A stretch of 63,435 nucleotides of DNA, filler included, from Chiloscyllium plagiosum (taxonomy: Eukaryota): NCBI RefSeq assembly GCF_004010195.1. It is 5 parts of one record of this genome, joined end to end, with 100 filler letters (N's around TTAATTAATTAA, not from the genome) between each part and the next. Parts side by side here need not be neighbours in the genome. Positions count along the whole stretch, not along the records: positions 1 to 17,853 come from NC_057712.1; 4 more parts are not named here. The stretch is one strand, 5' to 3'. Shown piece by piece: positions 1-12,100 of this stretch (position 1 is its first letter; each line of letters opens with the position of its first letter). The position numbers and the translations under genes are program-made. The notes beneath the pieces were generated by a model that was not told the DNA's origin, did not search any database, and was given only the letters and a program-made list of their open reading frames with translations.

Positions 1-641
1 CTGTCCCCTTTCCTCCCCCTAACTGTAACCCATTTATCCTTGTCCTGAGCCTTAGGAGTGACCAACTCCTGGTAACTCCTCTCAATTACCCCCTCAGCCT
101 CCCGAATGATCCGTCGTTCATACAGCTCCAGCTCCAATTCCCTAACATGGTTTTCAGGGAGCTGGAGTTGGGTGCACTTCCCACAGACGTAGCCAGCGGA
201 GAGTGTGCCATGTTTCCCACCTGCCACATTCTGCAGAAGGAGCAAGCAACTGCCCCAGCATCCATACCCGACTTATCTGAACACCCACTCAGCACTAAAG
301 TAGAAAGCTTAGTTCAAGTTGCTTTAAAATCAATAACAAACTTATATTCAATAGAGGAAGTTTAGAATGAACATTACCTTATTACTAGGTTAGAGGAGGA
401 GGGCGGGTGGGAGACTCTACAGTCGTACAGTCTCTGGTTTAGCCGCCTTTCTGATACATATGGCCATTGCTTTCCTTCCCGGCTGCCCCTCTGGTCCTCG
501 TCATTTCCCCCGCTGCTCCCGCTCCTTCTGCGAAAGGGAAAACACCGCTGTCCGCTACCGGTAAGTAATTTTTAAAAAAAAACTGCTTTACCTTAGCCGC
601 AGTCTTCCGGGTTCGTCTTACCTTCGCTGCTGCTCGCACTC
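1..641 (-). mobile_element. CR1 LINE 5' end: 5'UTR plus ORF1 N-terminus, running off the window start
   Basis: Minus ORF MDAGAVACSFCRMWQV (ATG 265-263) has the CxxCxMW start seen in the other CR1 ORF1 copies here (39032, 62598). The upstream region is GC-rich with CGGAAG motifs. Confidence 0.8.
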
Positions 642-653
642 AAAAATTACCCA

Positions 654-1127
654 GTACCAAGGGGCTTCGCCCCTTGTAGGCCTGTCTACATACTGTGTCA
701 GGAAGCCCTCCTGTACACACTGGACAAAAACTGACCCATCTATAGTACTCGTACTGTAGTGTTCCCAGTCAATATTTGAAAAGTTGAAGACCCCCATGAG
801 AACTACCCTGTCTCTCTCACTCCTATCGCGAATCATCTTTGCTATCCTTTCCTCTACATCTCTGGAACTATTCGGAGGCCTATAGAAAACTCCCAACAGG
901 GTGATCTCTCCTTTCCTGTTTCTAACCTCACCCATACTACCTCAGTTGACGAGTCCCCAAACATCCTTTCTGCAACTGTAATACTGTCCTTGACCAGCAA
1001 TGCCATCCCCTCGCCCCCCCCCACTTTTACCATCTTCTCTGTTCTTACTGAAACATCTAAATCCTGGAACTTGCAATAACCATTCCTGTCCCTGCTCAAT
1101 CCATGTCTCCGAAATGGCCACAACAGC
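654..1127 (-). mobile_element. CR1 ORF2 APE endonuclease fragment (frameshifted)
   Basis: VAISETW, GVFYRPPNSSRDVE, MGVFNFSNIDWE and FLTQYVDRPTRGEA motifs. Confidence 0.92.
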
Positions 1128-1546
1128 TTTTTCCACTATACATAACTACACAACCATGTTAATACTTCCTCTCTAGTGACTGGCACTTTATCGTATGTCA
1201 GTCATTAATTTGGATTTTTCTAACTAGTTATACAGGATAGTCACATTCTTGTAATGTCAAGATAGTCCCTTCTCCCCTGTCTCTCACTATAATTGGAGAA
1301 CATTTGCTAGTCTTCTCAAGACACCTGTGTAGACGAAGTAGTGCACATCATTCAGAAGACACCATGATGTCTTCAAAAATATCTGTGAGTATTGAGACGT
1401 CAGTATCTGAAAAGATGGAGTGCAGTCTTTGTGATATTTGTCTATACCCATTTTCAGTCTCTGAATACTTAGAATTGTTTGTGTATTTATAAAGAGAAAG
1501 CAAATTAATTCTATGCTGACAAATACCACAAACAAAATTACACATT

Positions 1547-1899
1547 TTGTCAAAGTTTTTCATCTTGCACTCACCAGGACATATTGCAAGAACACCAATT
1601 CAAGGGGAAAACCAACATTCACACTGCACGAGAGGAGCTGGCAAGTGGGCAATTCCCTGACCAATCAGAGTCAACCTGTCTCATCTAAAATTTACACCAA
1701 GTCTGGCTGTTAGCTGCCAATTATCATTAATGGATACATTCTCTCTGATAGTCCTCCACCAATCAGAGATCAATTAACAAACAACAGCATTCTGCTCTGC
1801 CCCCCCCCCCCCTCCCCCATGAGTATACAGATTGGATTTGCCTTGAATTGGTATTCATGTGAAATGTTCTGATGAGTGTAAGATGAAAATCTTGGACAA
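1547..1899. mobile_element. Fold-back PLE-derived element with degenerate hammerhead cores in both arms
   Basis: Imperfect inverted arms at about 1547-1616 and 1832-1899. The right arm reads tgttCTGATGAgtgtaagatGAAAatcttggacaa. Confidence 0.65.
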
Positions 1900-2540
1900 T
1901 ATGAGACTTTTTTCAGAAGTATGCAAGTCCTGTAACAACCAAACAACCGATTTCTTAGGAGTTCTCTCCTGTTCTCAAAATACCTTTTGTTGGAGTTTCT
2001 TATTTCTTATAAAGCCAGCAGCTAGCAGGATGTCACAGTTTGCGGAAGAGAACATTGCTGCTGAGGGACCTGTTTTGGTCCCTTACCCTTTTGTTGACCT
2101 GATGGTAAAGCCTTTCCTCCCTTCCAGATGACAATTCAAATGTAGTGCTCCCTGATTATTCCAGATTTAAGGGGATCCCATCATCTTTCAGAAAGTGTCT
2201 TTCCTGTCTGTTCAGAGAGCACCAGCTTGTGAGTTTGGTGCAAGACATCGACAAAATAAATCTCAGTTGATATAAACTAGTTGCAGGATTCAAAAATATC
2301 AGAAAAATCAAAGAATGTATTGCATGGAAGGAGACCATTCGACTGTTCACCTTATTGTTGAAAGATTTATCCAAATACAGGGTATACTCATTCTCCTTCC
2401 ATTTTTTTTGTATTTTTATACACTTTTTTTCTAATACTAATCCATCACTTATTTAAAAACTGCCAGTGGATTACATATTCATCAATATTTCTGGAAAAAC
2501 ATTCTGTTCCCTAATAACATTCTATTCATAAAAATGACCT

Positions 2541-2855
2541 TTAGATTAGATTACATTACAGTGTGGAAACAGGCCCTTCCGGCCCAACAAGTCCACACCG
2601 ACCCGCCGAAGCGAAACCCACCCAGACCCCTACATTTACCCCTTACCTAACACTACGGGCAATTTAGCGTGGCCAATTCACCTGACCCTGCACATCTTTG
2701 GACTGTGGGAGGAAACAGGAGCACCCGGAGGAAACCCACGCAGACACGGGGAGAACGTGCAAACTCCACACAGTCAGTCGCCTGAGGCGGGAATTGAACC
2801 CGGGTCTCCGGTGCTGTGAGGCAGCAGTGCTAACCACTGTGCCACCGTGCCGCCC
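2541..2855 (-). mobile_element. HE1-type V-SINE, full length
   Basis: tRNA-like head (GGTGGCACAGTGGTTAGCAC, GGTTCAATTCC), V-domain GTGTGGAGTTTGCACGTTCTCCCCGTGTCTGCGTGGGTTTCC, CR1-like tail ending in (AATCT)n. Confidence 0.93.
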
Positions 2856-3271
2856 ACCTCTCCCTTAGTTTTTCTGTTGTTAATTTTAAATATCTAATTA
2901 ATTATTGATTCATCAACCAGATTTAGCAACCTAACTTGTCAAACTCATTTATTAATTTGATATTTCTAATGTCCTCTTAATTATTTAATAATAGGAACCC
3001 TAATTTTACTGATTTGTATTTTTAACATCAGCTGCTGTTGCTACTACCATCCTAGTGAATTTCCCCACTGCCTTCTTGATGAGGTGGGAGAGGGGGTTTG
3101 ACATCCTTCTGAAAGGAGGGCATCCAAAACTGGGATGCAGTTTTCTAATTGCAGTCTAACAAAGATTTGTATAGATTTTTACAGTCAGGCCATTTGATCC
3201 ATCATGCTGGCTCTCCCATAATGATATCTTTTGCACATTCTCTTGCTCTTACTCCCAGCCAAGCAACTTTA

Positions 3272-3674
3272 TATTTATTCACAGGATAAAGGCATAACTG
3301 GCTTTGAGAACATTTATTGCCCATCTCTAATTGCCCAGAGAGCAGTTAAGAGTCAACTACATTGCCATAGTCTAGAGTCATATGTAGGCCCGACCAGGTA
3401 AGGATGGCAGTTTCCTTCCCTAAATCGGATGGATATTTACAACAATTGACAATGGATTCATGATCGTCATTAAACTTTTAGTTCCAGATAATTCATTGAA
3501 TTCAAATTCCACCACCTGCCACGGCAGGATTTGAACCCAGGTCCCCTGATTGGACTTTTATTGAATTCATATTCCACCATCTGCCATGGTGGGATTCAAG
3601 CCCAGGTCATTAGGACACGAGCTGAGTTTCCTGGGTTAACAGTTCAGTGAAAATGCCACTAGGCCATCGTTCCC
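3272..3674 (-). mobile_element. Second tRNA-derived SINE family with a CR1-type tail (family name not assigned)
   Basis: Minus strand starts with A-box-like GATGGCCTAGTGG, has B-box-like GGTTCAAATCC and ends GGGCAATAAATG. Homologous to 35355-35683. Confidence 0.8.
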
Positions 3675-4368
3675 TCTGTTATTTATTTATGAAAACTTAC
3701 CCAATTCTCTTTTCAAAATAATGAATCTGTTCTCGGATCATTTGAAGCAGTACATTCTAGATTTTTATAATTCTGATGTAATTTTTCTGCATTCCTCAAG
3801 TTACTTTTTTGCCATCCATTTTAATTCTATATCTTTTGGTCTAGCAATACACTTTGTATTAGCATTAACTTTGTATTCAATCCACTATTTATAACATCAA
3901 TAGTTTGAGCAATCTGTCCTTTTAAATATTTATGCATCTGATTGGTTGTCTTTATGTTTCTTCTTTCCTTTTAAAGTTATAGCAAATTGTGTGTATGTCC
4001 CCTTTGAACAAGCTAAATCATCTTGCATATCTCTGAACTAAATTGCTTCTGTCCTCCATCTATAAATTTACTGTCTGCTTTCACATTAGAAGAAGTAGTT
4101 TATGGATGAAAAAAGGTCACTTTGCCTATTTTAATTCATTTATCCAGAACAAACCTCCGCTTATGTTTGGAATTAATTGTGTACCTGATCAATTCAGCAT
4201 TTTAATCACCAACTCTGTTCAGTAGTCTGTTCCAAATATTGATCATTTCTAGTGTGAAGAAGAACTTTCTGACACCAGAAATAATTTTTTATTTGTTTTA
4301 AATGATGTTTCCTTGTTTACTTCCAGATTAATTTGTAGTCGTAATTCAGATTAACTTGTCAAGGACTT

Positions 4369-4582
4369 GAGTCGAAAAGTGTGGCGTTGGAAAAGTGCCG
4401 TAGATCAAGCAGCATCTGAGGAGGAGGAGAATCAATGTTTTGAGCATAAGCCCTTTATCAGGAATTCCAACTGCCCAAGACGTCGATTCTCCTGCTTCTC
4501 GGATGCTGCCTGACCTGCTGCGCTTTTCCAGCAACACACTCTTGACTCTGATCTCCATCATCTGCAGTCCTCACTTTCTCCT
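4369..4582. mobile_element. Fold-back PLE terminal-repeat insertion
   Basis: Two opposed copies of the ggagaaagtgaggactgcagatgctgg repeat, the same repeat that flanks the PLE RT ORF at 60693-61453. Confidence 0.82.
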
Positions 4583-5256
4583 TTTCAGGGGCTTGGACAA
4601 GTTCACCTCGAAAATGAGTTCTTTCCAAGCAGAAAAATCAGACCTCTATCTTCTCTATGATTCTTTATCAAACGTGTTTTGAAAACCTGCAAGCAGACAT
4701 TCCTTATCACTGGATTATTAGCTCAAATCCTCTGTGTATTGGTCAGATTTGTTGAATTGTTTGAAACCTGTGCTGACTATCCTATATTAATGGTTATTTC
4801 CTGTTATGTTTTGACAATGAGATCAAATGTTTGCATTTTTTTCTATGCTACTTTGAGCATTTGAATGTCTTGCTTGATTCTGAACAATTAAACTTGCTCA
4901 CAGCGCTCAAAGTCTGGCCTGACTAGAACCCTGTGCAGTTTGAATATGCCATTCCTTGATTTATATCTTGCTTCAATGAATGCTGCTCTGAATGGGTTGC
5001 CCTTGTTCAGCATTGAATTTTCTGAGACTCTTATATGTGATTCAATTTCATTCTTTGATATTGCTTACAATTTTCTTGATTTGATTTTGTGTTCTCTATC
5101 AATTATGTTACTTCACTTCATAACCCTGTCGTAAGAGAATAGCAATGCTGCCAATGCCAGGCTTCTGGGGAAATCACAGATTAGCCTGAAAACCACTAAT
5201 TATCTACTTTCACTCTGCCCTTAATGTAAAACATAAGTTTTATTAATAAGTCTTCT

Positions 5257-5555
5257 GTGAATGCAAGGAGTATAAGAGTTGGGAGGTCATGTTGCAACTG
5301 TACAGGACATTGGTTAGGTCACTATTGGAATACTGTGTGGAATTCTGGTCTCCCTGCTATAGGAAAGATGTTGTTAAACTTGAAAGAGTTCAGAAAGGAT
5401 TTACAAGATGGTGCTGGGATTGGAGGGTTTGAGCTATAGAGAGAGGCTGAATAGGCTGAGGCTTATTTTCTTAAGCATCGAGGCTGAGGGGTGACCTTTT
5501 AGAGGTTTATAAAATCATGAGGGGTATAGAGTGAATAGCCAGGGTCTTTTTCCTA
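5257..5555 (+). mobile_element. CR1 ORF2 C-terminal fragment
   Basis: Homologous to 13590-14138 (ctgtacaggacattggttagg...ttctggtctcc...gaggggtgacc). Confidence 0.88.
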
Positions 5556-5704
5556 TGACTGTATGATATAAATCATCAAACATCTTTTGAAATTCTATAC
5601 ACGCAACAGCTTTTTCTCATTATATTGTATTATTTCCTCAAATAATCTTATAGGTTTGTCAAACTTTTCGTTTACTGACTTGTGCTGGCTTAATTAACGC
5701 ACAT

Positions 5705-5995
5705 ATAGTCATAGAGTCTTACAGCATGCCCATGCCTACATGGTTTCCTAAACTGATCTACTTCCATTTGCCTGCGTTTGGCCCATATCCCTTAAAATCT
5801 TTCCTATCCACATTCTGTTCAAATGAGTTTTAAATGTTAAAATTATATTTGTCTCTAATACTTCCTGTGGCAGCTCATTCCATACACCACCCTCTGTGTG
5901 AAAAAGTTGTCCTTCAGGTCCCTTTTACATCGTTTCCCTCTCACCTTGAACTTATGCCTTTCTAGCTTTGCATTCCCCTATCAAACCTATCCATC
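5705..5995 (-). mobile_element. CR1 3' end
   Basis: The reverse complement matches the CR1 3' UTR and CTCTATGA-type tail. Confidence 0.82.
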
Positions 5996-6087
5996 TTTAG
6001 AAGTGAACAATAATTTTATTCCATTGCATTGTCACTAGATATTTACCATTAATTGACTGAGCACTCTGGAGTTACTGACTTTACTCC

Positions 6088-6705
6088 TGAGAAGAAACTA
6101 TGGCTTTAAGAGAGATATTTTGTTCTTTTTTTAATGAAGTGAGTTTGAGACAGATGTGCAGAGTGCACTGCTTCAAGCTAATAAGATAAACAGCTTGCGA
6201 GGCCTTGGGTGTTTTATCAAAAGTTGAACCATTGAAGCAGCATGAGTTAAACTCCCGCAGAACCAGGAATTTTGGTTTTAGTTTTCAGTTACTGTTGGAG
6301 TTGTGAAATCTGCTATATCTGCCTCTCTTTGTTACAGTTAAAAGCTGGGGATTTTTTCCTGCTGCTAGAATTGCATGTGAGGCAATCTGTGTTATTGACT
6401 TTGCCTTTGCCAAGGGTGTGTTAATGGGATGGTACTATACTGGAACAGTGAATGAGTAGTTTATTATTTTGATAGAGTATTTTGATAGAGTTACAGTTAA
6501 GGCAATTCTTTTCTTTTAGTTTTATTTTGTTTGTATTTTGACTATAGTGTATGAATAAAATGTGTTTTGATTCAAGACTGGTAGTTTGGCCAATCAGATT
6601 GCATCTGAAACATACCATCTGGCACTTGCCTTGAAAATAAGAGCAAGTTAGGCTCTAGGCTGTCTACTTAATATATTTTGAGGGGGTTTGGTCTGGTCCA
6701 TCACA
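6088..6705 (+). mobile_element. Solo LTR (probably Gypsy type)
   Basis: TG...CA ends with an imperfect short inverted repeat TGAGA/TCACA, near-identical 4-bp flanks ctcc/ttcc, and AATAAA at 6554. Confidence 0.65.
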
Positions 6706-8029
6706 TTCCCTTCACTGTCTTCTTGGTGTTGTATTGATGAAAATTCAGTCAAACCTCCATCTCCAAAGATGTTGGTGAGATGATAGTCAGGAACTTTAAA
6801 ATGTCTTCCCTGATTTCCTGCAGCAATCTATGATCAATTCTGTTATGACTTTTCCACTTAAACCTCTGTACTTACTTAGCTATATCGATCCTCTGTAATT
6901 ACTCAATATCTTCCGCTGCATCAAAAAAGCTGAGACTTATTATTTTTTCTTCTGTTTCTTGATTTTTCATAAAATTTCTTTATAATTTGTTATTTAATCA
7001 TTTATAACAGTATAATTTGTTTAATTGTTTATAATAACCTTTACTGTTTCCCTTCATAGTAATTGTCAGTCTTCATATCCTGCTTGAGCCTTTTAATTAT
7101 AGAATCACACAGCACAGTAGTAGTTAAATCAGACCATTGTGCCTGTACAGATTATTAAAGATTATACAGTTGGTCTTACATCTGTACTATTATCCCACAG
7201 CTCTGAGAGTCCTTTTCAAGTATTTAATCATCCCTTCTCTCATAACATTGCTATGGAATTTATTCTGAATTCCATCATCATTCAAGTCATCTGCTAATTC
7301 AGTTTTTAATGTTGAATTCCAATCTGCTATGTTATTTATTTTGCTGAATGCAATTGAATAGTGTGTATTTTAATTTCCTCCAAAAACAATAATTAACAGT
7401 AGCCAACTGCACTCTTGTTGATTTCTCTTTATAATAAGGGCCTGGATTGGTAATATTCTTCAAAAAGTCTTATTTTAATTTGTAGCTTACATGCAAGACA
7501 CTGACTTTTTTTGCACTCTGATTCATTTCATGAAAATAGGTCTGTTTATGCCATAATCATTGCTATTTGAAAACTTCTCATTATTTGTACATTGGCTCAG
7601 TTGTCTGATTTCTTTCCAATTTATCTGGATTTATTCCCTTTCTATTTCTTTGAAATTGATCTATTTTCAGCTAATGGCCTTTATACTTGACTGTTCTGCC
7701 CTTCCTTTTTGTTCTTTCATGGGATGTAGGCATTGCTGACTTGGCCATCATTTTTGTCCATTCTTAATTGTTTTGAGATTTTTTTTGTCTCTTTTTCACT
7801 GTTTACTTCAGTCTTCAGTTGTATTCATTAGTGGGTATATACCGACAGTAGAAACAGCATTAATCTTATATCCTTTTCTTTGGCCCTGAGCTAGTTTTAA
7901 GCTTTCATATCAGTCTGTAAAAGTCACATTGCTACAACCATTTAAATCTTTCAATATTAATTAGTTGGTATGTGTAGAAGGTGAAAAAACACATACAACA
8001 TTTGTGTCAACCACTACCAACATAGGAAA

Positions 8030-8560
8030 AGCTGGTAGGTTAAGGATATCTAAGCTTACCAACTTGACTGAAAACATTGAATTGTAATGAATCGTGTTTT
8101 TCAGACTGGAGGATGGTGCTCTCTAAGGATCAGTACAGAATCTCTGTATTTTGAAATATGTAAATGTCTTAAATATTGATACAAAGGGTAAAATTTCAAA
8201 ACTTTACTCAGTTGGAAAGTTTGAAGTGGCTGGCAGTGATGATAATACCGGTTGACTGCAACAGAACATGGATAAGGTTTAGATGTAAGTTTGCTAGCTG
8301 AGCTGGAAGGTAGAAGAACATGGCTAGATTAGTGGAATAGGCAGACAAGGGGAAATTGGAAATGAATACATTGTGAGATGATGCATTTTATCAAAATGAT
8401 TGGAGAGGCAATATAGATATAAATAGCATTGTTTTAAAGTGTATATGGGAACAGGGGACCTAGGAAAATTAAGGCGGGTTGTCATCAGGTAATGTTACAG
8501 AGATGGAAATAGTAATTAAAAGAGAAGTAGATAATTATTTGAAAAATAAAAATTTATCAT
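8030..8560 (+). mobile_element. Old degraded CR1 RT remnant containing a ~40-bp PLE-type insert
   Basis: Residual CR1 RT text (ttttcagactggagg, gtggaataggcagacaag, gatgatgcatttt). The insert is flanked by agaacatgg at 8263-8271 and 8315-8323. Confidence 0.55.
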
Positions 8561-9004
8561 GTTCTCAGCTGATGGTAATACTAGACAGGTCAGATTCCAA
8601 AGTGACATTGATCCTAATTTTGTTCTTTGTTTTAACTGTGGAGGTCAATTACTAAATATGTTCATCACTTTGTATACATGTTTGAAGATGACAAAACATA
8701 TTGAAAGAGGCAGTTCACAACATTTTTGGGATCTTGAGTTTCTTTAATAGTGTTATTTAGAATGAGTTCACCTGCAGAGTTCTTTTGCAACCTCCTCTTG
8801 CCATTACTTCTGTTTGATATTTGAAGATTTTCCTTTAGCAGTAAAAGTTATTTACATTAATTAAAATTATAATCTGCTCAGCCCATTTTGATCACAGCAA
8901 ACATATTCCTTCATATCCACATTTGATAAAGCATGTGCTTTGGAATTGTATTTCATGTCTTGACTTAAGCTTTGGAAAATCCTTATTCTTGCTTCTTCGG
9001 GTGC

Positions 9005-9111
9005 CACTATGACCTGTATGACCTTGTATGTTATGATCTGCCTATACTGCTTGCAGACATTTTCACTGTACTGAAGTACATGTGACTATAATAAATCAAA
9101 TCAAATCAAAT
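9005..9111 (+). mobile_element. Rex1/Babar LINE 3' tail fragment
   Basis: Matches the tail of 32617-33029 (tatgatctgcct...ttttcactgtac...acatgtgac..aataaatcaaatcaaatc). Confidence 0.75.
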
Positions 9112-12100
9112 ATTTTCTCTTGCCCACAATGTTGTCTAAAAATATTTTGACAATTTGACTTCCTTGTCAAATTTATGATCAATTTGGCTTTTGTAATATA
9201 TCAGTTTGTTCAAGTTGGGTCAATGCTCCTTTGAAGTTTGGCTTATCTATTTCTGTAGGAACCTTGCTTGTCCAATCCTCTCAATAGAGTCCTCTTACCA
9301 TGGAATATAATATAAATCACCTTTGTTACCCACATTAACTTTGTTATAATCTGTTATAATGTCATATCCTTCATTTGAACTAACATTTCTACAATGAGTC
9401 CATAAAGATGTTGCTTTATAGGTGAAGCATCCCCTATATTAATATTATCTATGTCCATACCAATTGGCATGCATGGAACCTTAGAGTAGCGGCACAGCTG
9501 CGCAGTTATTTTTCCGAAGTCACCTCTATAGTTTTCTTAGCGGAAGTGTGAAGTAACATCCAAATTTTTTTAACACCACTGTGGAGAGTCAACTTTAAAA
9601 TTTTCAATTTCAGACTAATTCTTGAAACACCATGATATTTTTATTTCACTTCTTCCTTTCACCAGTGCAAGCACACTCCTCTCCTTACTGTCCACCCTGT
9701 CATGTGTCACATTGACATTGAACCTAACAAACTCACTAAGTTTTCCTCCTGGGAAGGAGATTTTGTTTACTTTTTATTCACGCATGATGCTGGGAAGGAT
9801 GAGGAGAGCAAGATGGCTGCTGACTCTGTTCGCTGCAGGGCACAGAGTGTCCACTCTCCTGTGACCTGTGCTGTGGTACAGCAGCTCTGTACCAAATGCT
9901 GAGTTATGGGTTGCGTCACTTACCCTCATACAGGGTTGGGGTCTGAGAGTTATGGCTGGTTGCCCACTCTGTAACCAGTTACTACAGCTGATCAGATACT
10001 GATAGCTCCTGAAACTCCTGCTCCCTATAATTAATCTATCCTCTCCTGCCAGAAAGTTCTTAACACAGTTTTTGATGAACTTATTTGGCCATAATTTGGA
10101 GAAGAGCAAGATTTCTGTCCCACTCCCCCATGCTGGTGCACCTGGGGAACGGTGTCTGGAATTTGGCATACAATGTGGCATCTGAATTTCTGGCCTCAAT
10201 CTCTGTTCTTATCTTTGGTTTTGTGCAGCCAATTCATCTTTCTAGCAGAGTTCCAGCTCTCTGCTAACATTCCAGGTTGTAGGTACGTTATCCAACATTG
10301 TCATTGTTTGGAATAGCTAGTTCTCGATAAGAATTCATATCAAAAATTCAATTGCCTAGTACTCAAATTTGCACGGTGCTTATGATTGGAAAAACTCCCA
10401 AGTGAGAACGTAACTATAGAAATTATCCCTTTGTACTCTCTTATTACCTTTTCTTCAATGAAAACAAAATGCGTTTCTATCTTGCTATGTAGTTTGGAGC
10501 TTTGGCTAATATTCCATTTTTTAAAAAAAAGAAATAAAACCCCCATGGATGCTGGGAAGAATGGGTAATGTGGCATCTTCATCATCAGTTTTAGATGCTG
10601 TTATTCGTAAAATTGCAACTTCAATAGCTTAAGAACCTCTGAGCCTCAGGATTGAATGTTGCCTTTAGTTTGTTATCAGTCTTTTATATTTTGTATGATA
10701 TTGACAAATATTAAGGACGCGCAGTAGTTCCTATCTGAGGGGATAGAGGATGTGGTACTGGGGACAGTCAGCAACCAATTACATGATGCATCAGTGTGGA
10801 AGTGGGAAAGTTGGAAATGCAATGAAGCATTTTTGAGAACAAAGTTGCCACATGAGATTTGAACTCCTTGTTATGATGCAGTGTTTTGTGAAATTTTCAG
10901 TTCTTTATAGCATCTGTGCCACATTGACAGCAAATTACACTTCGTGCCTATTGATGAACAGCTGCTGGAGGTTTGCAGAGTCAACAGATCCGTCATCGGT
11001 CTATATGTAGCATCGATCCAGTACCATGAAGCAACTTTAAGTCACTGGTCTGACTAATGCGCTCCGCAAACCTCACATAGTTGCACAGGCATTCAACAGC
11101 AGAAGGGAAGCCATATGAGCTCTGTTTAGAGGGTCTATCAGCTTCTTACAAATTCTGATCTGCGTGTCACTAGATAACTAAAACAAATTTATGCTTTCTA
11201 TACTTATGCCATTGGAACAAAATTTACTGAGAGATTTGACAGTGGTGAAGGAATTTTTGCTAATTTCACATGTTTGCACAAGCTGTTCCCATTGTAGCAG
11301 TAACAAGAGGGCACACAGATCAGGAAAGCTGCTGGAAGCGTGAGCTTAGCATGATAATGTTATATGTTCTTAGCATGAGTCTATATCTACCCAGAGTGCC
11401 AAGGGAGCACTTCTGTTCGCTGAACTTCTGCAAGAGTTGTAAATGGGTTGTCTACTCTTCAGTTAGGATCCTAACTGCGTCTGTCAGAGTCATGATAGCT
11501 TCATTCAACGCTAGTCTGTTGTTTAAGTGGGACCACAACAGAAAACCTAGAAGTAGCATGGGCTATACACTGACTACATTGCTGATGCCTCCAATCCACA
11601 CGTGCTCATGTTTGTGCTAATCCTTACTGTTTTCCAGGTTAGAGTCTGACATACTGCCAGCATTTGCTCCAGTCACAATGCAGTTTCCCTGATGGGCATG
11701 CAGACTAACGTTGAACAATACAGTTTTGAGATAAATGATGATGACAACCAGGGTCAAAATACTTTTTGTTTTTGAGTTCTTCTTGAAATTACTCGAGGGC
11801 TACTTTTTGCTTTTTGGGGCCACTTATTTATTGAACATACATTTCTATTCTCGTTAACTCCTTCATCTGGAGAGATGCAGTCATATAGAAACATTACCTT
11901 CGGTATTTGTGTTGCCCTTCCCATATGCTCCTTTGATTTCAGGATAATACTCCCTGTCCTACATTAAAATTACTGTTCCCGCTCCTTTTAAACAACTCTT
12001 TTTACCCAAAGCTTCATGTAGATTAGGACCTTCACTTGAGATTAAGGTAGAAACTGCAATATCCTGAACACTCATTTTGAAAAAACAGTATTATTTTTAA

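Noticed and set aside
1348..1470. Possible minus-strand terminal exon (YSETENGYRQISQRLHSIFSDTDVSILTDIFEDIMVSSE*)
   Set aside because: Poor acceptor, unrecognised peptide, and no partner exons.
2780..2855. tRNA-like sequence at SINE heads
   Set aside because: It continues directly into the V-domain and LINE tail, so it is a SINE promoter and not a tRNA gene.
11400..11530. Minus-strand LNNRLALNEAIM, faintly like a retroviral env immunosuppressive motif
   Set aside because: There is a stop shortly after, and no CX6CC, transmembrane segment or LTR context.
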